From assembly GCA_977020255.1 (NCBI GenBank), contig CDROCS010002105.1, forward strand, positions 62,001 through 126,000: a stretch of DNA of 64,000 nt, written 5' to 3'. Made by a program: the position numbers and the translations under genes. The notes under the pieces are model-generated. The model saw only the letters and a list, made by a program, of their open reading frames with translations, made no database searches and had not been told where the DNA came from. This document shows, piece by piece, positions 30,002-39,657 of the stretch (the stretch's first letter is position 1; the number at the start of each line of letters is the position of its first letter). This DNA comes from Obrimoposthia wandeli (Eukaryota).

Positions 30002-30199
30002 ATGACGTCACAAACTGGTATTATCCGTAGCTTCAACTCTGCTGACAACAATGGCCTAATTACATGTGATCTTGGTGGTGATATCCGCTTTGATGCGTCA
30101 AGTGTAAATGGCGGTTTACCTGTATCAGGCAGCCTTGTTGAGTTCATCATGGATGACTCTTCAAATAAGCTTCAGGCGATTAAAATTCGTTTAATCTAA
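30002..30199 (+). CDS. Cold-shock-domain-like small protein (65 aa) with degenerate RNP motifs
   Basis: TGIIRSFNSADNNGLIT...DIRFDASSV...GSLVEF...QAIKIR follows the CSD pattern. AAGGA RBS before the ATG at 30002. Confidence 0.65.
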   Translation: MTSQTGIIRSFNSADNNGLITCDLGGDIRFDASSVNGGLPVSGSLVEFIMDDSSNKLQAIKIRLI

Positions 30200-30415
30200 G
30201 CGAATAGCTAACTCACTTAAGAGTTAATTTATACGGCATAGCCGTATTCAAGTAACCAGTAATGAAAAGTACCATTCACTGAGTATTTACTGGTTTTCTT
30301 AATCCTCTATTCCTATTCCTATTTCTTCCCTTGTACTAAACGAATTACTTCTCTTTTTGCTGGTGCCACCGTAACGCCGAGGCTTTTATATACCTCAACG
30401 TTATGTGTGAGTGGT

Positions 30416-32293
30416 TTAATAACGGCGATAAGGTGAGTATCGTGAAGGGACAGAATAACCGTATTCAAAAGCGATACCTTGAACTTCTACATCGGTATTG
30501 TCACCGTATGTAGCTGCCGTAATATCTTCAGCGTCAACCCAGATAGAAATGTTCTTTTGTGGGGTTATTTTGAAAATATTAGCATCGTTGTCTTCGCCAA
30601 CCTCATCGTTATCATTAGGATTACTGGCAAAAAGATTACCGTACCTGTCGTAAGCGAGTCCGCCTTCCATATCAACAGACCCCCCATTGGCTTTAATGAG
30701 ATCCCACTCTGTGGCTAAAGTACTGACTCTTCCGGCTGGGTCGATGTTATATATGAAGTGTGCGCCAGCATCGTCAGCTAACGTCATCATGCCTGTGCGG
30801 CTGCGGGTCATGTATCCATCAGGATCATCAAAAGCACGTGCATCTCGAATTGTTCCGATTAAGACATCTTCGTCATTTAACGCATTATAGCCATTTTCTT
30901 CAATTTCAAATTCAATTTGTGTTTTTTCAAAGCCACCAAAGAATTTGAATACCCACGGCTTGTTCAGTGTTCCTTTACCGCTGACCGCGACATCTTCTTT
31001 ACTTAGATGGGTCTCTTCGATTAATTTATTCTTAATGGAGTAGGCGCTATCACCCACTTGCCAGCTAATAGTACCGAGATCTTGCTCTTCCTCACTAGAA
31101 CCACTTGTAATACGGGCATCAAATTGCATGCTAATCATGCCTGAATACGCATCAGTACCTACGGCTTCAATCTGGTTATTGGCTTCTACAGCTTCTTTGC
31201 TACCATCGCTTTCATCTTCTCTTCTCGCATCAGCGTTATAGAGGTGGTCATCATTGATGCCGTCTAATGTGTAATACTCAAGATTGTTAAACGTCCAAGG
31301 GCTACCAATCGTGCCTATACCGCGTACATCAACTGGAAGGTATAAGGCTTGTTGTATGGCATATGCAACCTCATGTGCGGTTGCATCCCAATCAATCGGA
31401 TCTGTTGTTACGTCAGGTTCGTATTCATGGCCAAAGGTTAGCGTAAATGTCCCATTGATATTGGTGGGTTTTAGCGGTGAGAAATAACCAGGATCGTTTT
31501 GATACCGTTTGTAACCGACTGGTGGATCATAGTCGTCATTGACAAGAAAAACATAATTGTCGCGTGAGAGATCATGAGAATCAACACTGGGCCCTGCCGC
31601 AAAAATCTCGGGTTTTCCATACTTATACGGAATGCGGTAGACAATATTGGGAGTATCATCGCTGGCGGCGTAAATATAGCGGTAATCAGCCGAAAGGGCG
31701 GGTTGAACATCAAAGTCGAAACCATCACCAAGTTGTTCAAGGTCTTCTTTTTCTATAAATATTTTAGCGTAGCCAGTATGTGGGTTCACTTTCAGTATCA
31801 TGTCTTCTTCGTCTTCACCTACGTATAAGAACCCATCAAAACCTGCGACTAGACCATCTAAATCAGCGTCACCGCCCCCTGTGAGTGATGTAATATCGTC
31901 GTTACGCAATAAGACGGTTAGCATGCCGTATTTGTCTTTTTTCATCAGGTATGCGCCTGAATCACTGTCGCCATTGGCAGTCAGAGCGAAAATGACAGTA
32001 CCGTCAGATAAAGCAACAATTCCCGCGTCTTCAAAATCCACACTGTCGTAATGACCACCAATCTGATAGAGAGCATAAAGAATTTGTTGTTTAGTGATGG
32101 TAACGGTGATGTCTTTCTCTGGACTTATTTTTAGCACACAGTCACAGCCGTCTTCTAATGCATAAAGATTGGATGTAAGAGGATAAGGCAAGAGCGATAT
32201 CCCTGAAGCAATAGCTGTTGCAGAGAAGCAACAGCCAACGAGTACGACGCTTTTTATTGTTTTATTTAATAGCGAAATTTTATGATTTTTCAT
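30416..32293 (-). CDS. Secreted acidic protein, probable beta-propeller with two inserted repeat domains
   Basis: Signal peptide; propeller-like blades (DAGIVALSDGTVIF, DGLVAGFDGFLYVG, GGLAYDRYGNLFAS); two copies ending V-x-G-x-GT-x3-PW-x-F. Confidence 0.7.
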   Translation of the reverse strand: MKNHKISLLNKTIKSVVLVGCCFSATAIASGISLLPYPLTSNLYALEDGCDCVLKISPEKDITVTITKQQILYALYQIGGHYDSVDFEDAGIVALSDGTVIFALTANGDSDSGAYLMKKDKYGMLTVLLRNDDITSLTGGGDADLDGLVAGFDGFLYVGEDEEDMILKVNPHTGYAKIFIEKEDLEQLGDGFDFDVQPALSADYRYIYAASDDTPNIVYRIPYKYGKPEIFAAGPSVDSHDLSRDNYVFLVNDDYDPPVGYKRYQNDPGYFSPLKPTNINGTFTLTFGHEYEPDVTTDPIDWDATAHEVAYAIQQALYLPVDVRGIGTIGSPWTFNNLEYYTLDGINDDHLYNADARREDESDGSKEAVEANNQIEAVGTDAYSGMISMQFDARITSGSSEEEQDLGTISWQVGDSAYSIKNKLIEETHLSKEDVAVSGKGTLNKPWVFKFFGGFEKTQIEFEIEENGYNALNDEDVLIGTIRDARAFDDPDGYMTRSRTGMMTLADDAGAHFIYNIDPAGRVSTLATEWDLIKANGGSVDMEGGLAYDRYGNLFASNPNDNDEVGEDNDANIFKITPQKNISIWVDAEDITAATYGDNTDVEVQGIAFEYGYSVPSRYSPYRRY

Positions 32294-32408
32294 TGTCCAT
32301 ATTCCACAAAGTATTAATAAGTGTTGAGCATAGATAGAGCTCGCAGTCTTATTGTCTATAATGTTGGAATTAGAAACCTGCCAATGAATAACGTTGGGGG
32401 AGCATTAA

Positions 32409-33449
32409 TTACTTTCCCTTGTTCTCTCGTGCACTTGTTTGCACTGATTTATACATTTTACTCAGGTTTTTATGTTTACTGCGCATCTCTGCAATTGAGC
32501 TTCCGTTACGCTCTTGTTCTCTTAGCAATTTAAAGTAATTATTTAATCGACGCGCATCTAACTGCCCTGTAGAAATTGCCTTTTGTACGGCGCATTTGGG
32601 TTCTGCTTGATGCTGGCAATCAGCAAAGCGGCATTGCTGAGATAACTTAGCAATATCACTAAATGTTTCTTCAACGCCTTGTTCGCAGTCTGCAATTTGC
32701 AACTCTCGAATACCTGGAGTATCAAGCAGTAATGCCCCTGTTGGCATGATGTGCATCGACCGACTCGTGGTTGTATGACGACCTTTACTGTCGTCTTCTC
32801 TTACGCCGCCTGTTTCCTGATCTTGACTCTGCATTAAGGTGTTAACTAATGTGGATTTACCCACTCCAGATGAACCAACAAAAGCAACCGTTTTACCTAC
32901 CTTACACCATGATTTGAGTGCTTCGACACTGTCTGTATCAAGGCTATTAACGGCCTCGACCATTAAGAATGGATCAAGCGCTTGCACTTGTTGTTTAAAC
33001 GACTCTGGCGTATCACAACAGTCTGCTTTTGTTAAGATAATGACAGGTTCACACCCACTGTCGTGTGCAATAGCAAGATAGCGTTCTATACGACTTAAAT
33101 TAAAATCTTGATTGAGTGAGTTGACAATAAAAAGTGTGTCGACATTGGCTGCAATTAACTGTTCCGAGACTTTACTGCCCGCAGCTTTTCGCGAGAGTAA
33201 GGTTAGACGGTCGAGTAATCTTATTAGTTGTTGTTCACTATCAAGTAATATCCAATCCCCAACAGTTAACGCAGGCATACTCGGTCTGATCTCAAGAGAA
33301 AAACTTCCCGCTTCAGTTTGAATAACATAGAGACTACGATGGTGCGCAAGCACTCGACCAATCTGGCAATTTTCGAGTTCTTCTAATGACAACTGCTGCT
33401 GAAAATAAGCATGCCAACCAAGTTGTGGTAATGATAATGTTGAATTCAT
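32409..33449 (-). CDS. rsgA: Ribosome small subunit-dependent GTPase A paralog
   Basis: Circularly permuted GTPase: [21 protein letters not shown]; Zn finger [14 protein letters not shown]. Confidence 0.92.
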   Translation of the reverse strand: MNSTLSLPQLGWHAYFQQQLSLEELENCQIGRVLAHHRSLYVIQTEAGSFSLEIRPSMPALTVGDWILLDSEQQLIRLLDRLTLLSRKAAGSKVSEQLIAANVDTLFIVNSLNQDFNLSRIERYLAIAHDSGCEPVIILTKADCCDTPESFKQQVQALDPFLMVEAVNSLDTDSVEALKSWCKVGKTVAFVGSSGVGKSTLVNTLMQSQDQETGGVREDDSKGRHTTTSRSMHIMPTGALLLDTPGIRELQIADCEQGVEETFSDIAKLSQQCRFADCQHQAEPKCAVQKAISTGQLDARRLNNYFKLLREQERNGSSIAEMRSKHKNLSKMYKSVQTSARENKGK

Positions 33450-34036
33450 GATAATCCGTGCATAATTTTTTCTTTAAACATACATAATATTGTAATTGAG
33501 TTCAGTTTTGTTTAATTGAATAAAAACGACAGAATGTGGAATATTCTTGCCACACAATTGCGTAAGCCGATTGAATAGAAGTTTTTATGGTCTCCGGTAG
33601 GGTTTTGTATCAATCTAAACAAGTACCTGACCATAAACCTACTTCGAATAGTATTATTACTAACAATAAATTACGTCAGTTCAGTACGTTAAACAAAGTG
33701 AATGGATACTGATGAAAGAGTTACGAGTATTATTATGTTATTAACGCTAAACAAATTGATATCTTTTCGATTTAATGCCTATTTTATCGTACTTTTTAGT
33801 AGTGAAATCAAAGTTTTTATTGGCGTATCTTTTAATATACCTAAATGACTTCAAGATATAGGGTTCTCACTGAAACGAATACCTTGATGTTGTTTGGATA
33901 TATAACCGCGTACTGTATGGAAGACAAATTAGATTACTTGGTTATGCTTGGGATATGTATTTAGAACATCTACTTAATGTAATGTTTGAAGTCTAAATAA
34001 TCATTAATATAGTGAAGGTTGGTATTGCAGCGAAAC

Positions 34037-34681
34037 ATGAAAAAAGTAATTAATAGCGTCGGTTATTCAAATAACATTTTTATCGATGGTGAATATCAAT
34101 ACCATATTGAACAAACTAAAATGTTCACCCAGTTACTGCTTGATGTATTAAGGTATGATTATGTCGAAATTAATCAATCGTTTATTGCGAGTATGAATAC
34201 TGCCGCTATCATGCATGATCTGGGAAAAAGCTTTATTCCTGAATCGATTATTTTTAAAAAAGGCACATTGTCTGCGTCTGAATATGACGTCATCAAAACA
34301 CATACGACACTTGGTTATGAGCACTTTTGTACATTAAGTATGAATGTGGATACGCCTTTAAATCAGATTACTAAAGATGTGATTTTATATCACCATGAGC
34401 ATTGGGATGGTACTGGCTACCCGCATCAAAAAGCAGGGTACGATATCCCTCTTTCAGCCCGTATTATTGCACTTGCCGATGTGTTTGAAGCCTTGATCAG
34501 TATACGTTCATATAAAGAACCATTTTCTTTTGAAAAAGCAAAGAAGATCATATGTGAAAGTAGTGGTCATCACTTTGATCCAGCTATTGTCGCTGCTTTT
34601 CTTAAACAAGAAACCAAGTTTGAACAGCTGACTAAAATGCTACAAAGTCAGTCACTATCTAGGCATCTACAGAGTGCCTAA
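34037..34681 (+). CDS. Stand-alone HD-GYP domain protein (putative c-di-GMP phosphodiesterase)
   Basis: MHDLGK, HHEHWDGTGYP, ARIIALADVFEAL, RSYK. No N-terminal sensor. Start uncertain (34019 or 34037). Confidence 0.85.
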   Translation: MKKVINSVGYSNNIFIDGEYQYHIEQTKMFTQLLLDVLRYDYVEINQSFIASMNTAAIMHDLGKSFIPESIIFKKGTLSASEYDVIKTHTTLGYEHFCTLSMNVDTPLNQITKDVILYHHEHWDGTGYPHQKAGYDIPLSARIIALADVFEALISIRSYKEPFSFEKAKKIICESSGHHFDPAIVAAFLKQETKFEQLTKMLQSQSLSRHLQSA

Positions 34682-35781
34682 AGGGCCAGTTCGAAATTTT
34701 TGATTTGGCTTTCTTTACCATTGATAATGATAGAGAGCTGATGAATACCAACATAGAACTTCCGTGTTGTTATAACTTTAAAGCTTTGCTTTCTATTCAT
34801 CTTATATACCTTATCCGGTTCTATTTCACGCTCACTTATTTTAAAAACTTTTCGTGAAAGCTCACCATTACTTTTTTTGTAATACAGACCATATTCTAGC
34901 CTTAACTTTTTACATGCTTTATTTTGGTTGGTGAGTGAGAATGAAAATTCTAAAGCATCGCCGATCTTTACATTAGGTGTCAGAATAGCAAAGTTTGATA
35001 ACATGATGTTTTTACTATCAAAACCAAATAATTGCAGTATTTTTGGTTCTCCTTGTTTCAGCAGTGTTCTACTTGCGTGTTTGATCAGTGCGTCAGTTTC
35101 TTTTGTGTACCCCTGCCATTTTTGTGCTGTCTCTATAACAAAATTAGGGTTATCTTTTGATATATCATTTAAGTTATTCGCGACACTGCGTCTTACTATT
35201 TCACAACTGTCATTCTTCAAGGTATCTAAAATAGGGAAGATAGGCATAGGATTCTTTTTTAAGCTGGGTAAAGCCATTGCCCAAGGAAGCCGTGGTCTTG
35301 ATCCTTCACTTGCTAAACGGCGAACCTTATTACTAGGGTGTGTTGACCACAACACCATTTGAGCTAACATTTTTTCTTCATACTTTAATATGTAAGGTCT
35401 TACTGCAAATTCACAGCTGGTGAACTGTGTTACAAATTCAAAGGCTGAAATTGACTCTTTATAATTATCAATGCCATACATCGATATATATTCAGGGAAA
35501 AACATAAACTCAATGCTTTCTTCCTTGATGCCAGCAAGACGTAAGTTATCAATCAGTTGCTTTATTGTTTCCGTAGCTTCGCCAAAATCATCAGACAGAA
35601 AGTGATGAAGCACATTTGCAGTATGTGTCATCCTTTCTTTCAGTTCGTAATGAATAAAATTGTCATTGAAAATTAACTGATTAAAGGCTTCTTTATCAAA
35701 TGAAGGAATGGTTACGCGCATTATTTCCGACAGCTGGTCATAAAATTCTTGCGAGTATATGTCTTTAAATAAATTACTCAT
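34678..35781 (-). CDS. DNA alkylation repair protein (AlkC-like HEAT-repeat glycosylase with C-terminal extension)
   Basis: TSCEFAVRPY, VRRLASEGSRPRLPWA, VRRSVANNLNDISK, IKHASRTLLK. Confidence 0.85.
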   Translation of the reverse strand: MSNLFKDIYSQEFYDQLSEIMRVTIPSFDKEAFNQLIFNDNFIHYELKERMTHTANVLHHFLSDDFGEATETIKQLIDNLRLAGIKEESIEFMFFPEYISMYGIDNYKESISAFEFVTQFTSCEFAVRPYILKYEEKMLAQMVLWSTHPSNKVRRLASEGSRPRLPWAMALPSLKKNPMPIFPILDTLKNDSCEIVRRSVANNLNDISKDNPNFVIETAQKWQGYTKETDALIKHASRTLLKQGEPKILQLFGFDSKNIMLSNFAILTPNVKIGDALEFSFSLTNQNKACKKLRLEYGLYYKKSNGELSRKVFKISEREIEPDKVYKMNRKQSFKVITTRKFYVGIHQLSIIINGKESQIKNFELAL

Positions 35782-35946
35782 GATGTCTGAAGTCCATTCC
35801 TACGGTTCAATTTTCGCGGTAACCACCGCATAGTATATACCTCAAGGTGCTCGCTAAGAAAACGCTGAATCCTGCGCCTTATAGCGGTATACATGACAGT
35901 TTAGCCATGATTTGGCTCTCTTCACTTGACTCGAAGAGTGATATCA

Positions 35947-36714
35947 CTAAAAGTACGGTTCCCTACGAATTTTTGTTCGACTAGAAGGCGTAGATGTATC
36001 AATTGTAGATGGATCATTCATCGGTAGAATGCCGATAATTTTAGTAGAAGGATCAACCCGTAGAACGCTCAGCTTAGGATTATGACTGATGTTTAGCGTG
36101 TCGATTTGATTTTTTTCTGCTTGTAAATATTCCAGCTGAGTATTCTTTGATATGTCTAGCTCAGTGAGCGCATTGGCATACACAAGAAGATCAACCAGTA
36201 CTGTATTGGCTGTGATATTTAAGTCGTGTAATTGGTTCCCTACAAGAATAAGCTCTTTTATTAGCGGTGAGTGTGTAAGGTCAATTTCACTGAGTTGATT
36301 GTTATAGGCATACAGAAACTCTAATAAAGGATTGGCAGATACATTGAGATTTTGCAGGTTGTTGTTAGGCAAATATAAAGTTTTAAGCAAGGTATTATTG
36401 CTAACGTCTAACGTCGTCAGTTGATTATTTGATAAGTCTAATAATTTAATTGCAGGAAAAAAACGTATCTCATCGGCAGATGCAATGTGGCTGTTTGAAC
36501 ATTCTAGTTCATGAATTTTATTGAGTTGTTGTTCTCCATAAGAAAGCACACATTCCTTAAAGTGATCGTCTTTAAAAGGAATATCGCTTACAACATTGTA
36601 TTGTTTTGTACTGCAACCAGAAAGTAACAGTGGTATCAAAAAGAACAAAGACAGTAACGTACTTTGTATGTTCGTTTTAGACAATGCTGCGGTGCGTTTA
36701 GCTAACAAATTCAT
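35947..36714 (-). CDS. Leucine-rich-repeat lipoprotein (21-residue IRREKO-like repeats)
   Basis: Lipobox LLSGC; about six LxxLxLxxNxLxxLDLxxN repeats. Confidence 0.85.
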   Translation of the reverse strand: MNLLAKRTAALSKTNIQSTLLSLFFLIPLLLSGCSTKQYNVVSDIPFKDDHFKECVLSYGEQQLNKIHELECSNSHIASADEIRFFPAIKLLDLSNNQLTTLDVSNNTLLKTLYLPNNNLQNLNVSANPLLEFLYAYNNQLSEIDLTHSPLIKELILVGNQLHDLNITANTVLVDLLVYANALTELDISKNTQLEYLQAEKNQIDTLNISHNPKLSVLRVDPSTKIIGILPMNDPSTIDTSTPSSRTKIRREPYF

Positions 36715-36975
36715 GACCCGTTTGTGAATAGGTAAACTTAATTTTATACCTAAACCTTCTATTTACTAAAAATACTTACGATTAAAGAAAGAAGGCAACT
36801 TCTGCTAGTACTATTTTCTAACATTCTTAAAGCAGTTTGATTTTTCATCAAATTCTTTAAGTTTCATTCGTAATGTAAAATTCTTGTCAAAACTGCTTTG
36901 ATTTAGATGTGCTTGCTACATAGGAAGGAAAAAGCACGTTATGCTCAATATTGTCAGTAAAGGGAAGATGTTGTA

Positions 36976-37398
36976 ATGAAAAAGAAAGTAATCATAGGTT
37001 TATTAGCACTGTTCAGTACAGTGTGTAGTGCAACAGATACTGATGATAGAACGATGCAGATAACTGCGTATGCGACGCTTAATGGTACTGTTCATGATAT
37101 GGCGTGCGAAGGGAATATTAATGATGCCGCTGTTTATCTTTACGGTACAGAAACGCCGGAATACGGCGATTTAGGATCAGATAATGCGCCTTATACATTT
37201 ACAGCAATAGACGTTGACACATCGACCAATGAAGGGAAGTTTGAAGTCAGTTATTTACCAGTAGATACGTATGATTTGGTACTTGTCTGTAATGCTCATG
37301 AAGATGATTTCACGCGTGATGGTGACATATTAATGATTGATGACAATGTGATCGAAAATGTATTGTTAACACCTATGTGCCGAACGATTTCTTTCTAA
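36976..37398 (+). CDS. Secreted hypothetical protein (140 aa), resembling the C-terminal domain of DUF4382-type proteins
   Basis: Signal peptide; AVYLYG...YDLVLVCNAHEDD pattern. The family resemblance is recalled, not searched. Confidence 0.65.
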   Translation: MKKKVIIGLLALFSTVCSATDTDDRTMQITAYATLNGTVHDMACEGNINDAAVYLYGTETPEYGDLGSDNAPYTFTAIDVDTSTNEGKFEVSYLPVDTYDLVLVCNAHEDDFTRDGDILMIDDNVIENVLLTPMCRTISF

Positions 37399-37618
37399 TT
37401 TGATTCATATTTCTTCGGTCATAATTGTAATAGAAAAATTGCTGCAGACTCTTTTACGTCACATATTTAATGGCAGAAAGCGCGTAGAGTATTTTAATAT
37501 ATTCTGTATTGCGCATGCTTCGGAATATATTATCAGCCCTCTTATCAAAAAAACATGGCGTTCTGATGGATGACATTTGAGGACTGATATTCATTTGTTC
37601 ATTAAATGGAGTGATACC

Positions 37619-39334
37619 ATGACCGTAGGAAAATACCTAAGGTGGAAAGATGAGAGTGGTAATGATTTTAGACCTGTAGCATTAACAGGCACAGAGTTAC
37701 TTAACGATCGTAATTTAAATAAAAGTACAGCATTTAGCTATGAAGAGCGTGAAGCATTCCAATTGGTTGGCTTATTACCACCTAAAGTACAAACGTTCGA
37801 TGACCAGCTTAATCGGGTATATGACGGTTTCCGCAACGCTTCGACAGATATTGAAAAATACCTTTTTTTACGCGCCTTACAAGATCGAAATGAAACGTTA
37901 TTCTACGCATTGTTATCACGCCATGTAGAAGAAATGACGCCAATTATTTATACCCCAACAGTAGGCAAGGCATGCCAAGAGTTTAGTCACCGTTACCAAA
38001 AAGCCCGTGGTTTATACATTACAGAAGACAGTATTGAACAGATGGGAGACATGGCTCGTCACTTCACTGGTAAAGACATTAAAATTATCGTGGTCACCGA
38101 TAGCCAAGGTATTCTTGGATTAGGTGATCAGGGTGTTGGCGGCATGGGTATTCCTATTGGCAAGCTGTCACTATATACCTTGGGTGCGGGCATTCATCCG
38201 GCACACTGTTTGCCAATTGCACTAGATGTAGGTACCGACAATCAAGATTTGCTCGATGATCCTATGTATTTGGGTATGCCTCGTAAACGTATGCGCGGTG
38301 AAGAATATAAAACATTTATTCGTAAATTCGTGAAGCAAATTCAGCAGCATTTTCCAAAAGCTGTTCTTCAATGGGAAGATTTCAGTAAATCAAATGCGTT
38401 TGATAATCTGAGCGATTATGAAGATGATTTACCCTCATTTAATGATGATATTCAAGGTACGGGTGCAGTTGTTCTGGCGGGTATTCTTGGTGCAGTCAAA
38501 ATTAAAGAAGAGAAATTAGCGGATCAAACTTACGTTGTTTATGGCGCAGGTGCGGGTGGTGTGGGTGTCGCTGATCAAATATATGCAGGCTTATTAAAAG
38601 AGGGTTGCTCGCATATCGCTGCAAGAGAAAAAATATTCGTTCTTGATTCTCAAGGTTTAGTTTTTGATGATCGTGAAGGGTTAGATGAATATAAAAAACG
38701 TTATGCGAAACCAAGAGAATTAGCCAATAATTGGCAGACGAAAGAGCTCGGTAAAGTCAGCCTGACTGAACTTATTAATAACCACCGAGTAACTGTTTTA
38801 CTCGGTACGAGTGGTATTGGTGGGGCATTTAAAGCAGAACACGTTCAGAAAATGATGGAATATACCAAGCGCCCAATGGTATTCCCACTTTCTAACCCAA
38901 CGGCAAACTGTGAAGCTTTACCGGAAGATGTTTACCAATGGAGTGATGGGCAAGCGATCGTGGCAACAGGGAGCCCGTTTGGTGATGTAAATTATGATGG
39001 AAGAGAATACCGAATTGGTCAGGGTAATAATGTGTTTATTTTCCCGGGTGTCGGTTTAGCTTCCATTGTATCGGGTACGCCAAAAATCACGTTAGATATG
39101 TTCACAATGGCATCTTACGCGCTAGCTGATTGTGTCTCTGATGATGATCTTGCTGCGGGATGTGTATTCCCTCGTATCAGTAAACTTAAAGAAGTGTCGG
39201 TGCTGGTTGCTACGCGCATTCTTGAAAATATGCAGACCACAGAACCGAATAGCCCACTTCGTGGTAAAAATATTCAGCAAGAACTGGCAATGCATATGTG
39301 GGAACCTGCGTACTTACCTTATCGCAGAGTGTAG
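37619..39334 (+). CDS. maeA: NAD-dependent malic enzyme
   Basis: IIYTPTVG, VVTDSQGILGLGDQG, QWEDF, FNDDIQGTG, GAGAGG, PLSNPT, NNVFIFPG. ATG 37619 follows GGAG. Confidence 0.93.
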   Translation: MTVGKYLRWKDESGNDFRPVALTGTELLNDRNLNKSTAFSYEEREAFQLVGLLPPKVQTFDDQLNRVYDGFRNASTDIEKYLFLRALQDRNETLFYALLSRHVEEMTPIIYTPTVGKACQEFSHRYQKARGLYITEDSIEQMGDMARHFTGKDIKIIVVTDSQGILGLGDQGVGGMGIPIGKLSLYTLGAGIHPAHCLPIALDVGTDNQDLLDDPMYLGMPRKRMRGEEYKTFIRKFVKQIQQHFPKAVLQWEDFSKSNAFDNLSDYEDDLPSFNDDIQGTGAVVLAGILGAVKIKEEKLADQTYVVYGAGAGGVGVADQIYAGLLKEGCSHIAAREKIFVLDSQGLVFDDREGLDEYKKRYAKPRELANNWQTKELGKVSLTELINNHRVTVLLGTSGIGGAFKAEHVQKMMEYTKRPMVFPLSNPTANCEALPEDVYQWSDGQAIVATGSPFGDVNYDGREYRIGQGNNVFIFPGVGLASIVSGTPKITLDMFTMASYALADCVSDDDLAAGCVFPRISKLKEVSVLVATRILENMQTTEPNSPLRGKNIQQELAMHMWEPAYLPYRRV

Positions 39335-39369
39335 TTACCCCCAATAAAGACAATCACGTTAGCTAAACT

Positions 39370-39419
39370 AAAAGTCCACTTTTCATAAAAACTAGAGATA
39401 GTTAGAAAAGTGGATTTTT
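39370..39419 (+). terminator. Terminator after the malic enzyme gene
   Basis: AAAAGTCCACTTTTC...GAAAAGTGGATTTTT. Confidence 0.65.
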
Positions 39420-39505
39420 ATTGAATGCTGGTATTGTCATGGCTACTGCTGTTTTGTTTGAATATTCTCTTGTATAACGGAAAAAGTCTTGATAGCTTAT
39501 TAAGC

Positions 39506-39562
39506 ATGAAAACATATTCTCTTCGTACTTTCATTTCAAATTCTTGGTGGCGTTCTTTTTAG
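39506..39562 (+). CDS. Trp-sensing leader peptide upstream of trpS, 18 aa: MKTYSLRTFISNSWWRSF
   Basis: Tandem TGG TGG followed by Arg, as in trpL peptides. Followed by alternative stems (39551-39566, 39564-39594, 39591-39636) before the trpS ATG. Confidence 0.8.
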   Translation: MKTYSLRTFISNSWWRSF

Positions 39563-39657
39563 AGCGGCGCTGAATTCTTATGTTCAAAAGCCGCCGGAAG
39601 GTAGCTTAAGAACACACTCAAGTTATATTTCCGGCGCACTATTTCAGAGATATAACT

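Noticed and set aside
33578-33645. attC site or c-di-GMP riboswitch
   Set aside because: No RYYYAAC/GTTRRRY ends and no GEMM core (GGCAAACC...GGGACGCAAAG).
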